IMG/VR virus record: IMGVR_UViG_3300035698_011044
Coordinates: 1-64,000 of that record
Source: a virus
DNA: 64,000 nucleotides
Strand: one strand, 5' to 3'
Below the pieces are notes generated by a model. That model did not search any database. It was not told the origin of the DNA and saw nothing but the letters and a program-made list of their open reading frames with translations. Below are positions 37,690 through 47,225 of the stretch, one piece after another. The stretch's first letter is position 1. Every line of letters begins with the position of its first letter. Made by a program: the position numbers and the translations under genes.

Positions 37690-37774
37690 GTTATCTCCTC
37701 TGGACGTTTGTTACTTCTTCCGTGTACCAGTGGAGTTGCTTGCCTTACTATGCTTGTTGCCTGTTCTGGTTTCC

Positions 37775-38230
37775 TCACACATAGGATGGCGCTACCCGCT
37801 TAACTTCAGTAGCGACAATATCTCTCATAATGGCGCTAAATGTCTTCTCTGAATAATCGCCATCGGCCAAGTCGCCACTTCTGTGCCAGTCTTCTCCAAC
37901 ACAACACTTTCTGTTAGTAACGATGCATCCGAGGTAGCCGCGGGTGTATTTATTAGCTTCATTCTGCATACCTGGCTTCACTGCGATTTTGTAGTTGTGG
38001 TTCTCAGTGTAGAGATTGACACTAATCCTCTCTGGCTCATTAGAATATTGCTGAAACACGGCGTTTTTTGCTATCCCGCCGCTTCTGCTAAGGTATTTGT
38101 CCAGCCAATAGTTCAGCTCTGGAGCAAACTCTTTGAATTTCTCCGCCGAGAGATTATGCCTGTAAGGCTTTTGCGAAAAAGGTCCTTCGCACTTATTGGT
38201 AGTTGGTGTTTTTTCTGTTTTCATAATCAA
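37775..38230 (-). CDS. Hypothetical protein
   Basis: 151-aa ORF with RBS. Confidence 0.6.
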   Translation of the reverse strand: MIMKTEKTPTTNKCEGPFSQKPYRHNLSAEKFKEFAPELNYWLDKYLSRSGGIAKNAVFQQYSNEPERISVNLYTENHNYKIAVKPGMQNEANKYTRGYLGCIVTNRKCCVGEDWHRSGDLADGDYSEKTFSAIMRDIVATEVKRVAPSYV

Positions 38231-38261
38231 CTCTCTTTCCTACGCCGAGTACCTATGTAAG

Positions 38262-38381
38262 TTATTTCTTGGGAGCCTTCTTAACCGGCTGCTGTTTTGT
38301 TCCCTTGTTTCCTCTTCCTCCGCCTGTTCCATCTCTTCGTGGTGTTCCTCCGCAAGCTCCCTGCTTTGTTCCTTTTGGCAT
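38262..38381 (-). CDS. Small basic Gly-rich peptide
   Basis: MPKGTKQGACGGTPRRDGTGGGRGNKGTKQQPVKKAPKK, AAGGAG RBS; read manually. Confidence 0.5.
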   Translation of the reverse strand: MPKGTKQGACGGTPRRDGTGGGRGNKGTKQQPVKKAPKK

Positions 38382-38410
38382 AACATGCTCCTTCTGTTGG
38401 TTTGGATTAA

Positions 38411-38695
38411 TTACTTGTGCTTACTTAAATCAAGAAACTCTCCTCCGGAAAGGATGTTGCCTCCGAAGATCTTCTCTGGGCCAGTGCACTCTATGTTGCA
38501 AATCTCCTTTGCACTGGGAACATAAGCCATCCCTCTGCGATCGCCGTCACCCGGGTCTCCCAGCTTATCTTTTAGGGTCTTGGCAGTCTCTTTGATTTTC
38601 TTGATCTCAGGAGAGTCGGGCTCGGGCTTTCCAGCTACAAGAACACCGTGTCTCTCCCAAGTGCGAGCATCTATTGTGTCGCTAAGAATTGACAT
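38411..38695 (-). CDS. Hypothetical protein
   Basis: 94 aa, TAATG coupling. Confidence 0.55.
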   Translation of the reverse strand: MSILSDTIDARTWERHGVLVAGKPEPDSPEIKKIKETAKTLKDKLGDPGDGDRRGMAYVPSAKEICNIECTGPEKIFGGNILSGGEFLDLSKHK

Positions 38696-38922
38696 TATGC
38701 TTTCCTTTCATTGAAGAATATATTTAGCCAGGATTTTTTCTCAGGTTCAGGAGTGTCTGAAATTCTCGCCGTCCCAATCACGCGGGGAGTAGATATTGCA
38801 TTGCAAAGGTTTCCGCAAGCCCCCTCGGAAGAACGACTGTGCCTAATTGGTTCTTCTATCTGTCTGGAGCTATCTGCAATAACCTGCCCCAAAGCAAGTC
38901 CTGTTGTTAGATCAAGCATCAT
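38695..38922 (-). CDS. Hypothetical protein
   Basis: 75 aa, coupled at both ends. Confidence 0.5.
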   Translation of the reverse strand: MMLDLTTGLALGQVIADSSRQIEEPIRHSRSSEGACGNLCNAISTPRVIGTARISDTPEPEKKSWLNIFFNERKA

Positions 38923-39155
38923 GTCCTTCCGGCTTCAACCGTAGTTATCGGTCTTGGGATTGGGTTATAGATAAACATCTCTTCCCGAGAGCTGCTCAAG
39001 CTACCGAGATGTCCCCACGTGATCCTACGTGATCCTACGTGATCCTACGTGATCCTACGTGCTTCTTGGGATAACTTTAAAGCTCTGGCAACATCATAAA
39101 CATCAACCATCGTCAAAGGTTTAGATATTACTTTTTTGATAGTTTGTGTTTCCAC
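38919..39155 (-). pseudogene. Small gene interrupted by an in-frame TAG inside a tandem repeat
   Basis: GTG at 39155 to TGA at 38919 is 237 nt and overlaps both neighbours; the only internal stop lies in the 10-bp repeat. Confidence 0.55.
39017..39061. repeat. Perfect 10-bp tandem repeat (GATCCTACGT) x4
   Basis: Four exact copies at 39021-39060 plus partial flanks. Confidence 0.95.
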
Positions 39156-39457
39156 TACTCCCACACTACAAGGTTACTTAATGATTTGCAAAATTGTTCT
39201 GGAGTAGCCTGTTCGAGCTTGTATTTTTTATACCACAGCTTACAATCGAACGCTTCTCTCCGTGAGTTTTTAAACTCTCCCGCACTTCTTTCGGTAATGT
39301 ACTCTTCCGTTTCATTTACTATCCTGTTTTTCGCTTCCCGCTTTTCAGCAGTTTTGCTCCCACGCTCGTCACTTTCCCACCAATTAACATACCCCTTTTG
39401 AGGATGGCAGTCGGTTTTCCCCGGGAAGTTGATTGGTCTTCTACCCATTGGTTGCAT
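39155..39457 (-). CDS. Hypothetical protein
   Basis: 100 aa, coupled. Confidence 0.55.
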   Translation of the reverse strand: MQPMGRRPINFPGKTDCHPQKGYVNWWESDERGSKTAEKREAKNRIVNETEEYITERSAGEFKNSRREAFDCKLWYKKYKLEQATPEQFCKSLSNLVVWE

Positions 39458-39786
39458 TAAGAAGCTTCTCCGGCTTTCCGGACCCGCCGAGATTCCTCGT
39501 ATTTTCTCAATTCAGCCTCGTATTCAGCCTTCTGTTTTGGGGTTGTGGTAACACTATGTCTTTTAGTGAACTTCTCCATTGCAGATTCATACTCTCTAGG
39601 AGTAAGACCTTTGCCTATAGCAAGAGCATCCTCGATCTCCTTGGTGCAAGTGCCTGCTGGCATTGTTTTGTCTATGTTAGATATTATTCCACACCTCCCA
39701 CGCCTTTTTAAAGCATTCGAGTTGATAGACTCGCACACAACTCCTATCACTGCAGGTGGAGATATTGCGTTTGGGTAAGATGTCAT
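39457..39786 (-). CDS. Hypothetical protein
   Basis: 109 aa, coupled. Confidence 0.55.
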   Translation of the reverse strand: MTSYPNAISPPAVIGVVCESINSNALKRRGRCGIISNIDKTMPAGTCTKEIEDALAIGKGLTPREYESAMEKFTKRHSVTTTPKQKAEYEAELRKYEESRRVRKAGEAS

Positions 39787-40280
39787 GATCTCCCCCGCCT
39801 TTTAGAGAGCATTTTATCGAGGGCTTCGTTACGGCTTAGAGCTTTCTTCTTTTCTTTAGTTTCAATGGGAGCATAAAAATCCTTGTATCGCACAGGAAAA
39901 GCATGGAACACGAAAGATTCTTCTGGGCCCGCCAATCTTTTGCGTCCATAATCGTCGATTTCCTTGCATTTTTTAAGAGTTAATGGCTCGGGGGATATTT
40001 TGTGAGAATTATAGGAATGATAATTTTCAGAGTCTCTGGCAGTACAATCCTCTGACACTTTCCCAAAAAGCTCTGCAACCATATTTTCCTGAATTTCTTC
40101 CCAATGATCGGCAATCACAATCTCTAACATCTCCTGTAGAGCTTTCGCAATTTCCGAAGATACCTCATGATCAACAATCACTACTGGGGGGTGGTCCTTC
40201 AAAGCCTGCTTGTAATTGTCAGAAATTCTTTGACAGAACACTCTCGCGGTCTCGGATGGTTGGCGTTCTCTTTGCATCAT
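39783..40280 (-). CDS. Hypothetical protein
   Basis: 165 aa, ATGA overlaps. Confidence 0.55.
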   Translation of the reverse strand: MMQRERQPSETARVFCQRISDNYKQALKDHPPVVIVDHEVSSEIAKALQEMLEIVIADHWEEIQENMVAELFGKVSEDCTARDSENYHSYNSHKISPEPLTLKKCKEIDDYGRKRLAGPEESFVFHAFPVRYKDFYAPIETKEKKKALSRNEALDKMLSKRRGRS

Positions 40281-41167
40281 AGGCCACTTGAATTGCTAGA
40301 GTTTTCGCCAGTACGAGTAGCCTTCTCTTGTGTTTTCCGTTTGTCCATATACGTCTTCACGCCATTCTCAAGCTCCTGCTTGACGTTGATAGGTTGTTCT
40401 GGTGTTGGAAGAGGAGATGGTCCAGTAAATGGTGGCCCGAAAGATTCTACAAGGTAAACTCCATCAAATTTTCCGACAAGAAATGGGATCTCAGGCATTG
40501 TCTCGCATTCAGATTCAGGAATAGCTATCATTTTAGCAAGACGATCTTTTGGGCAAAATACGCCAAGTTCCTTCTTTGTAAGATAACAGATTGGCAATCC
40601 TCCTGCCTTGGAACCCGTTTTAATCCAAGCGTCCTTAATATTAGAAATTCTCTCGAGCAGAAAGGCTCTGGTTATTGGTAACGCTGAAATCCCAGCCTCT
40701 TCGTAAACTTTTTCTGTTGCATCCTGATATTCTTTTGCTTTTGCGTTTTCAACTTCCTCCAGAGCCCCGTGACCAACCACTTCTACAGGATGGCACCTCT
40801 TGGCCATATCTTTCTCAGTCTTCGCCTTAGCTTCTTTCATATAAGCAAGATGCTCTTTTCCCCATAGGCTATCTTCCATAACATACATGACATCCTCGCG
40901 TACTTTTTTATCAATTGCACTTGTGCGAAGATGAGGGGTCTCTGCTTTTTCTAGGGGATTTTCCAGCTCTTTTATTATAAACCTGAACCCCTCGAGCTGG
41001 CAAGGCCGAAAATGTTCCAGTGTAAAAATTCCATCTTTACTGATTGGCACAATTTCGGGAAACGCAGTCGTGACTACAAATCCCATTTTGGCCAAGTGAT
41101 CTCTAAGTATTTGCTCGACCTTCTTGGCTGGCATTATGATTGTTGTTGTTTTCTTGATGTCCATCAC
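40277..41167 (-). CDS. Hypothetical protein
   Basis: 296 aa with AAGGAATAG RBS. Confidence 0.65.
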   Translation of the reverse strand: MMDIKKTTTIIMPAKKVEQILRDHLAKMGFVVTTAFPEIVPISKDGIFTLEHFRPCQLEGFRFIIKELENPLEKAETPHLRTSAIDKKVREDVMYVMEDSLWGKEHLAYMKEAKAKTEKDMAKRCHPVEVVGHGALEEVENAKAKEYQDATEKVYEEAGISALPITRAFLLERISNIKDAWIKTGSKAGGLPICYLTKKELGVFCPKDRLAKMIAIPESECETMPEIPFLVGKFDGVYLVESFGPPFTGPSPLPTPEQPINVKQELENGVKTYMDKRKTQEKATRTGENSSNSSGL

Positions 41168-41210
41168 TATTCCTTTTCCGGCTTTTTGACTAAGCTCTTG
41201 GTACTATATA

Positions 41211-41687
41211 TTATACATTATGTTCAGGGTTTTGGCAACTACAGGATACATTTTCAACCATGTCTATTAGCCCTTTGACAATCTCCATCACGCTGTAGTA
41301 TCCCTTCTCTCCGCGCAGATAGACCGCATTGCAACGACGCTCAGAAAGTCCCACGCCCAGCCGCTCACACACTTCGTCTGTAGTCTTGCTTGGCTTTGGG
41401 AGAGCGTCTCCTATAATATTAAGGGTATGCGTATCAAGATCGAATAGAGAGCATTCGGCGCAGAATCCATCTATCTCCACCACCTTCATGTGCTGCGTGC
41501 ATTTCTCCTCATAGCAGTAGCGTCTAAAAGGCTCCCCCCCCGACTTGGGTTCTTTCCGATGCTTGCACCCGAACTCTCGCTGGTTCTGGTTGAGATCATT
41601 CTTCTTTGCTTTCTTAAGGAACTCTGCTACTCCTCCGGCTGGAATGTCAATGCCTTTGGATGTTTTGATTTTCATTTTCATATTCAC
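41211..41687 (-). CDS. Cys-rich hypothetical protein
   Basis: 158 aa, AAGGAG RBS. Confidence 0.6.
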   Translation of the reverse strand: MNMKMKIKTSKGIDIPAGGVAEFLKKAKKNDLNQNQREFGCKHRKEPKSGGEPFRRYCYEEKCTQHMKVVEIDGFCAECSLFDLDTHTLNIIGDALPKPSKTTDEVCERLGVGLSERRCNAVYLRGEKGYYSVMEIVKGLIDMVENVSCSCQNPEHNV

Positions 41688-41699
41688 TGTTCTCCTTAA

Positions 41700-41867
41700 T
41701 CAATGGTTACTGTCAAGATTTAAATACCTTTTGTTTATTTCACTTTTAATTTTTCCTATCTCACGCTCAAAATATGTAATCCTACGTTTTGACGCTTTGT
41801 GTTTCAAGCTGTTTAGCTCTGCTTTGTGTATCATTAAAGTTGAAATTGAATATTTTGAATAGTCCAC
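41700..41867 (-). CDS. Small basic hypothetical protein
   Basis: GTG start after AAGGAGAG; MDYSKYSISTL... 55 aa; read manually. Confidence 0.45.
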   Translation of the reverse strand: MDYSKYSISTLMIHKAELNSLKHKASKRRITYFEREIGKIKSEINKRYLNLDSNH

Positions 41868-41890
41868 ACTCTCTCCTTGTGTCTACTGGT

Positions 41891-42097
41891 TTAAGTTATA
41901 CGCTCCACAACATTTTTTGTAGAGTCTGGGGGCTGCTCCATGCGCCTAAGCTCTTTCCTTGCATCGGCAAGCCTTTTAGCCTGTCTCGACTCTGCCTTCT
42001 CCCATAACTCCAGACATCTATCACAGACCACGTTTAGCTTTTGGCCTGTAGTTATCTGCATTTGGAATTTTCCGCAGATTATGCAGTTGTATGTCAT
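41891..42097 (-). CDS. Small zinc-finger protein
   Basis: CIICG...CDRC; RBS supplied by the 109-bp repeat. Confidence 0.55.
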   Translation of the reverse strand: MTYNCIICGKFQMQITTGQKLNVVCDRCLELWEKAESRQAKRLADARKELRRMEQPPDSTKNVVERIT

Positions 42098-42100
42098 CCT

Positions 42101-42209
42101 CTATTCCTCTCTACTAATTTATTAATTATTAGTACCTGTTAATTATCAATGGGTTACAGTCATGTTTTGCTTATGCATGCAGTTTGGTACTACTCCTCTT
42201 TATGGTCTA
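42101..42209. repeat. 109-bp dispersed direct repeat, copy 1
   Basis: Aligns without gaps to 54753-54861; 11 mismatches by manual count. Confidence 0.9.
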
Positions 42210-42348
42210 CAGAAACACACTTTACTATCTCAAATTGCGAATCAGATCCGATATAACCACATCGTACGGCTTCACCTGTACATTCATGTAATTCCCGATG
42301 CCTACACTCTGGCGGGCAATGCTTATTTTTCCCATTACATATCTTCAT
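42190..42348 (-). CDS. Small Cys/His-rich peptide
   Basis: MKICNGKNKHCPPECRHRELHEC...DHKEE, 52 aa, GGAGG RBS; read manually. Confidence 0.5.
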   Translation of the reverse strand: MKICNGKNKHCPPECRHRELHECTGEAVRCGYIGSDSQFEIVKCVSVDHKEE

Positions 42349-42351
42349 CCT

Positions 42352-42642
42352 CTACACCTCCGGTTTATCGGTTGACTTCTGACGGTCTCTATGTTTCTTT
42401 AATGCACCGATAGCTTGCTCAGGATACCTCAAGCACGCTTCCCTAAAAGAGAGCCCACACATATCAAGTTTATAAAACGGTTTCTCTTGGTTGGCATCTT
42501 CAAGAAGTCCATCTATCCGCATGGTTACCTTTTTTGTTTTCTGATTAATCACAAAATTAACTAATACCTTTTCTTCGGAGATGTTAAGTCCATTTACAAT
42601 ATCCACCACCATGTCTGTTAACTCTTCTGCCGACCTATCCAT
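42352..42642 (-). CDS. Hypothetical protein
   Basis: 96 aa, AAGGAG RBS. Confidence 0.6.
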   Translation of the reverse strand: MDRSAEELTDMVVDIVNGLNISEEKVLVNFVINQKTKKVTMRIDGLLEDANQEKPFYKLDMCGLSFREACLRYPEQAIGALKKHRDRQKSTDKPEV

Positions 42643-42663
42643 ATTTCACTCTCCTTTACCGGT

Positions 42664-42840
42664 TTACCATGAAACATTACCTACGATAAATTGTTTCTTG
42701 CATTCTTCGCACTGTATTATTTCTCCCCAATCCTCCCACCTCGCACACCCGCCAGGACATACGAAGACGGTTTTCCCGAGATCATCTTTTCTTCTGGCTT
42801 TTATGCGTCGCATTTCTGATTTGCATTTGGGACAGTTCAT
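42664..42840 (-). CDS. Small zinc-ribbon protein
   Basis: MNCPKC...CPGGC...CEEC, AAGGAGG RBS; read manually. Confidence 0.55.
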   Translation of the reverse strand: MNCPKCKSEMRRIKARRKDDLGKTVFVCPGGCARWEDWGEIIQCEECKKQFIVGNVSW

Positions 42841-43002
42841 TTTTTAGCCTCCTTCTCCCATCTATGATAACCATAACAGGTATTACATCTGTCGATTTTT
42901 ATACTTGATTTTCCATATCTACACGTCTCACAAATCTTATCAACGTCTTCCTTCTCCTCGACCTCCTCAGGTTTTTGTTTGGATGGGCGGGCACAAACTT
43001 CG

Positions 43003-43428
43003 TCATCTTCTAATATGACAGCCTTGTTTAACTATCGGTTGAGATTTTTCCAAGAACTCCATAGTTCTGAGAATATGTGGTCCGACTTTTTCCCAATCAA
43101 CCATCGGCCTGCCATCCATCTCTTTTGACGCTATCATCGGACAACCAAAGGCAGCATCGTCGATATAGACATGGGCATAGGCTTTGGGAGAGCTTGTCCA
43201 GGAGTCCTGATCCGGATTGTGGTTAATGCCATACATCTTGATATCGCAATCCCGCAGATATCGGACAGCATCATCCAGCTCTCTCCCGCTCCGCATTGTG
43301 AAGAGGATGAGCTTTGCACCGGCCTCCTGGAACTTTCTCATGAAGTGAAGAGCGAAGGGAACGTCTTTCCCGATCTTTGGGTATTTGTGCTCTACGATGG
43401 TTCCGTCAAAATCAATTGCAATGTACAT
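43003..43428 (-). CDS. HAD-superfamily phosphatase-like protein
   Basis: IAIDFDGTIV (DxDGT), LFTMR, K...YIDD motifs. Confidence 0.85.
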   Translation of the reverse strand: MYIAIDFDGTIVEHKYPKIGKDVPFALHFMRKFQEAGAKLILFTMRSGRELDDAVRYLRDCDIKMYGINHNPDQDSWTSSPKAYAHVYIDDAAFGCPMIASKEMDGRPMVDWEKVGPHILRTMEFLEKSQPIVKQGCHIRR

Positions 43429-43513
43429 ATCTACTCCTCTTTAAAAGTTGCTGACGGCAGTTTAGCCATTTTTTCCCAATTGTTGAGAGACCACCGCCAG
43501 CAGTGAATTTTAT

Positions 43514-43807
43514 TTACCGATATCGGTCTCTTTTCAAGTAGAGCATAAAAACACCACCAGTATTGGCGGCACATATTATTACAGACACAATCGCAAATGG
43601 ATTCCCGTCTAAAACCCCAGGAACATTTGCCGCTGTAGCCAATAAACAAATAATAACAGATATCATAACACTCCTTCTTACATTATTGAGCCCAGTGAGC
43701 TCATCAGTGATCAGATAGTCGCCTGATTTTCCCTGCACCACGCAGAATTTCTGATCTTTTTTTAGCTGTCTTGCCCTCAGCAATCTTGGTATCGACATAA
43801 CTTTCAT
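43514..43807 (-). CDS. Putative membrane protein
   Basis: 97 aa with two hydrophobic segments; competing overlapping ORFs. Confidence 0.4.
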   Translation of the reverse strand: MKVMSIPRLLRARQLKKDQKFCVVQGKSGDYLITDELTGLNNVRRSVMISVIICLLATAANVPGVLDGNPFAIVSVIICAANTGGVFMLYLKRDRYR

Positions 43808-43900
43808 AGTATTCCCGTTCCCGTCTATTCCGTTTGAGGTTTGCGATATTGCAGGTAGTGGCTCCGATATTTAGAACCAGGATGCAGACTATTAGAAAGT

Positions 43901-44086
43901 TCATTTCCGGCTCTTAGACTCTTTGATTTTTGCACTAATAAAATCAGATCCTACCACAAACCCCATGACCAGACACAGGGAACAAGCTACGCCAATAACG
44001 CCGATATACGACATTACAACATGCTCAGGTAACGGAAGGGCTCTATAGATTGTATCGATTAAGGTTGTGTATACGGTATCCATCAA
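43901..44086 (-). CDS. Small membrane protein
   Basis: 61 aa, one hydrophobic segment, AAGGAATAG RBS. Confidence 0.5.
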   Translation of the reverse strand: MMDTVYTTLIDTIYRALPLPEHVVMSYIGVIGVACSLCLVMGFVVGSDFISAKIKESKSRK

Positions 44087-44162
44087 GATCTATTCCTTTC
44101 TTCTGTGATAGATGCTGCCACCAACGCAATCAAGATCAGTAGCAGCTTGAACAAAGCAATCA

Positions 44163-44933
44163 TTATCGTCCTGTGTACCGAAGAGGGTTTTCTTTATACT
44201 TCCAAGAATCATCACCATTCGTAACCTCAAGGGATCCCCAATGCTTCAGCACTTCGATACCACTGAGATACTCCTCCATGATTTTAAGCTGCGCATCCTG
44301 GATTATCTCATCAAACTCAAGGCATCTAAGCTTGAACGAGAGCGTAATATCTCCATCACCACCATCAGAATAATCAAATACCGGCTCCATTGGAATCTTT
44401 ACGGTTTCCGGATGGAACTGCAGGAGTGGGACTGTAACGAAAATTACTTCAGGAAACTCAGCCGTCTCTTTGTTGTTTTTTCTCTGAACAGCATACTTGT
44501 AGTTTCCGTTGTCATCCTTCTGACGTTCAACGTCGGTGATCTTCTGCATTTTGAAATCACGAACTTTTGCAAGAAGCTGCTGCCCCTCGAAATCCAAATA
44601 CTTTTTCATCTCACCCAAGAGATCCTCGAATTGAGAAATAGCGAATGCTTTCCCGATAAGATTTTCCACTCTTCCAGCCTGAACCGAAAGCTGAATCGCA
44701 CATGTGGCGAGAGGTTTTGAATAACGGGTTGTGTTGCTGCTCATAGCATAGCACTTCCGGTGATCATAAAAGATCTCAAACTTATCATCCTCAGGAGATG
44801 CTGCAAGATAGCCCTTGAAAGCCTCAAGTTTATCTGTCTTGAACGTGATTTGAGACTGATCTTTTAAAACATGAAAATCTCCACCAATAACTACTTTGCC
44901 ATCTTTGGCAACAACATTAATCTTTGGTTCCAT
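44163..44933 (-). CDS. Hypothetical protein (possibly YfdQ/DUF2303-like)
   Basis: ~256 aa from MEPKINV; family guess from size and pairing with the upstream 124-aa gene only. Confidence 0.5.
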   Translation of the reverse strand: MEPKINVVAKDGKVVIGGDFHVLKDQSQITFKTDKLEAFKGYLAASPEDDKFEIFYDHRKCYAMSSNTTRYSKPLATCAIQLSVQAGRVENLIGKAFAISQFEDLLGEMKKYLDFEGQQLLAKVRDFKMQKITDVERQKDDNGNYKYAVQRKNNKETAEFPEVIFVTVPLLQFHPETVKIPMEPVFDYSDGGDGDITLSFKLRCLEFDEIIQDAQLKIMEEYLSGIEVLKHWGSLEVTNGDDSWKYKENPLRYTGR

Positions 44934-45291
44934 TTTTTTCCTCAAACGGTATAGTGTTAAGAATTTTCCCAGACTCGTCCAAGAAACTGAGCTGGAGTAT
45001 ATCGACCATATCTTTTCCGTCCATAAGATGGATCCCCTCGTCATTTGTTTCGGAGATCATTGTTGGAGACTGTCTTTTTGGAGGTTTGATATACATGGTG
45101 TGCCTGTAGGTTGTAAACAGATCATCCTTACCCTGCCGAGGGTAAACAATAAGCTTCAGGCCAATCTCAGTAGGTTTTCCATGGTGTTCGGAAAGCTCCT
45201 GAGCCTCTATAAATAACGCCTGGAGTTCCTCGGAAAACTTCCCCTTCTGTAATGCCATAATATGTAATGGCCGTTTTTTGTCGCTACTCAT
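44917..45291 (-). CDS. Hypothetical protein
   Basis: 124 aa, overlaps both neighbours. Confidence 0.6.
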   Translation of the reverse strand: MSSDKKRPLHIMALQKGKFSEELQALFIEAQELSEHHGKPTEIGLKLIVYPRQGKDDLFTTYRHTMYIKPPKRQSPTMISETNDEGIHLMDGKDMVDILQLSFLDESGKILNTIPFEEKNGTKD

Positions 45292-45637
45292 TTTCGTCTA
45301 CGCTTTCTGCTAACTCAAGAGCCTGCTGCTCACCGTCAACCGCTTTTGGTCGAGGGATCCCAGAGAGATTGAGCCGCTCATTGGTTTCGTATTTTCTGAT
45401 TAACACATCTGCCCAGGATTCAAACATACTCTTCTGCATTCGCTGAACAAACTCAGCATCCTCAAGAGGAATCCCGTCCACAAGAATAACATCCTTAACC
45501 TGTACTCGATATCCTTTTAAGCCCTGAGTAACTGTTGGCAGTAGTCTGACAGGAACCCTGCACATATCTTCTGCTGCACGGATATAGTTTTGTGCCTCAG
45601 CAGATCTTACTCGGATATCATCTAAAATCTGTCCCAT
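45284..45637 (-). CDS. Hypothetical protein
   Basis: 117 aa, GGAGG RBS. Confidence 0.6.
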   Translation of the reverse strand: MGQILDDIRVRSAEAQNYIRAAEDMCRVPVRLLPTVTQGLKGYRVQVKDVILVDGIPLEDAEFVQRMQKSMFESWADVLIRKYETNERLNLSGIPRPKAVDGEQQALELAESVDENE

Positions 45638-45733
45638 CCTATCCTCCGTATACCCTTTCGCATATCAGATGCCCCACAAATATGCCAGAACCTGTAGTCA
45701 CAGCAAACATCAGCAGAGCAATCAATATATCTT

Positions 45734-46024
45734 TTACAAGTTGCATTTTTTATGATTCTTCAGGAACATCAGATCCTTTACAAACGCGAGTAACCTTTCC
45801 ACGTCCTCCGGAACCATCTTTTTTATCTTTCCGATCAGGATATTTTTTCTCTCGTCCAACTTTATCCCTGGAAATATTCTTCTTAGTCGCCTGGCCATAA
45901 TGTCTGACGGATTTCTTATCCCCGTCTCGATCATTGACACATGCGCCTGTGACACTCTTAGTCGTTTCGCAAGCTCTGGTTGTGTCATCCCCGCATCCTC
46001 TCTCGCTTTTATTATTGCTTTCAT
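45734..46024 (-). CDS. XRE-family helix-turn-helix regulator
   Basis: AREDAGMTQPELAKRLRVSQAHVSMIETGIRNPS. Confidence 0.85.
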   Translation of the reverse strand: MKAIIKAREDAGMTQPELAKRLRVSQAHVSMIETGIRNPSDIMARRLRRIFPGIKLDERKNILIGKIKKMVPEDVERLLAFVKDLMFLKNHKKCNL

Positions 46025-46628
46025 ATTTGTTAATATAACATGTTTTGTTATATTTGCCAACAGGTTCTTGTTCGTTAAAGTTAATTAATTTTTCTAGCAT
46101 TCTCACAGTCTTCAGAAACACATCAAAGTCTCTCTGAAAGTCTTCTACAGAATGCCACTCCCTAACACTGCAACATTTCGCCCATTCTTTCTGAGCGTGA
46201 TTAAACTTATCCCGTCCAATCTTCACATCTCCCTGGAGATCAAGATTCATACCATTTCCGAGAGATGCAAAAACCTTAAGATCCGGTTTGCCCTTAAACT
46301 CATCAGCCCATTCCTTTTTAATGCGAAGAGCAATCTGGTATCCCAGAGCTTTATCTAAAACTCCTGAGAGACCGTTTGGTTTAATCGGATTGTAGATCCC
46401 GAAAGTCTGGTATAGAGTGTCTGGGACGTGCTCATATTTTAATCCCGCCAGCTCAACGCGCTCAATGCAAGCGAAGAGTACATCGTTGTGCCGAGGCAGA
46501 ATGGTTACAGTTCCGTCTTTGTTCTTGGTTATTTTAGCCTGCCTCCATGCGTCCCCTGAGCTTCGCTTTTTACGGCGAGGCTTCGGGAACGCGCATCCGG
46601 AGGTGGCTTTTGGAGTTTCGTATCTCAT
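45750..46628 (-). CDS. Putative VRR-NUC/PD-(D/E)XK-like nuclease; 3' third overlaps the XRE gene
   Basis: KGKPDL...DVKIGRDKFNHAQKEW resembles VRR-NUC; C-terminal ~100 aa may be non-functional run-on. Confidence 0.45.
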   Translation of the reverse strand: MRYETPKATSGCAFPKPRRKKRSSGDAWRQAKITKNKDGTVTILPRHNDVLFACIERVELAGLKYEHVPDTLYQTFGIYNPIKPNGLSGVLDKALGYQIALRIKKEWADEFKGKPDLKVFASLGNGMNLDLQGDVKIGRDKFNHAQKEWAKCCSVREWHSVEDFQRDFDVFLKTVRMLEKLINFNEQEPVGKYNKTCYINKYESNNKSERGCGDDTTRACETTKSVTGACVNDRDGDKKSVRHYGQATKKNISRDKVGREKKYPDRKDKKDGSGGRGKVTRVCKGSDVPEES

Positions 46629-46631
46629 AGA

Positions 46632-47225
46632 TTAAAATTGGAGATCGCTTTCCTCAACCAATGGCGCAGACTGCTGTCCTTGAGGCTGCTGAAAAGCATT
46701 TTGCTGTGTAGCTGGTTGCTGTTGATAGTTCTGCTGCACCGGCTGTTGATATGACTGGTTCTGGGGCTGATAGTTCTGCTGCTGTCCTTGAGGCTGCTGT
46801 TGATATTGCTGGGTCTGGTTGTAGTTCTGTTGCTGTGGAGCTTGGTTATACCCCTGCTGCTGATAGTTCTGTTGTCCCTGCTGCTGATTCTGGGGAGCTG
46901 GATCGAGGAACTGAAAGTCCTGCACATTCACCTCTGTGGAATATCTCTTGTTCCCATCTTTATCGTCCCAGCTACGATGAATAGTTTTTCCCTCAATGTA
47001 AACCTTAGAACCCTTCTTAAGGTACTGAGCAAAAACGTCTGCAGCTTTACCCCAGACTACAAGGTTGTGCCATTGGGTGTCAGTTTGTTTCTGTCCATTC
47101 GCATCAGTGTAGCTATCGGATGTTGCTATCGTTGCCGACACAACCGACTTACCACTTTGCGTCTTACGCATCTCGGGATCTTTCCCAAGATTTCCTAAAA
47201 GTATTGCTTTGTTTACTCCTGCCAT
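46632..47225 (-). CDS. ssb: Single-stranded DNA-binding protein
   Basis: VNKAILLGNLGKDPE, WHNLVVWGK, KKGSKVYIEG; Gln-rich linker and acidic ESDLQF tail. Confidence 0.95.
   Translation of the reverse strand: MAGVNKAILLGNLGKDPEMRKTQSGKSVVSATIATSDSYTDANGQKQTDTQWHNLVVWGKAADVFAQYLKKGSKVYIEGKTIHRSWDDKDGNKRYSTEVNVQDFQFLDPAPQNQQQGQQNYQQQGYNQAPQQQNYNQTQQYQQQPQGQQQNYQPQNQSYQQPVQQNYQQQPATQQNAFQQPQGQQSAPLVEESDLQF

Noticed and set aside
39017-39061. Tandem repeat as a CRISPR array
   Set aside because: 10-bp units with no spacers and no cas genes
45750-46060. Functional dual-coding overlap between the nuclease-like ORF tail and the XRE gene
   Set aside because: The overlapping tail has no recognisable features and is more simply a run-on after stop-codon loss
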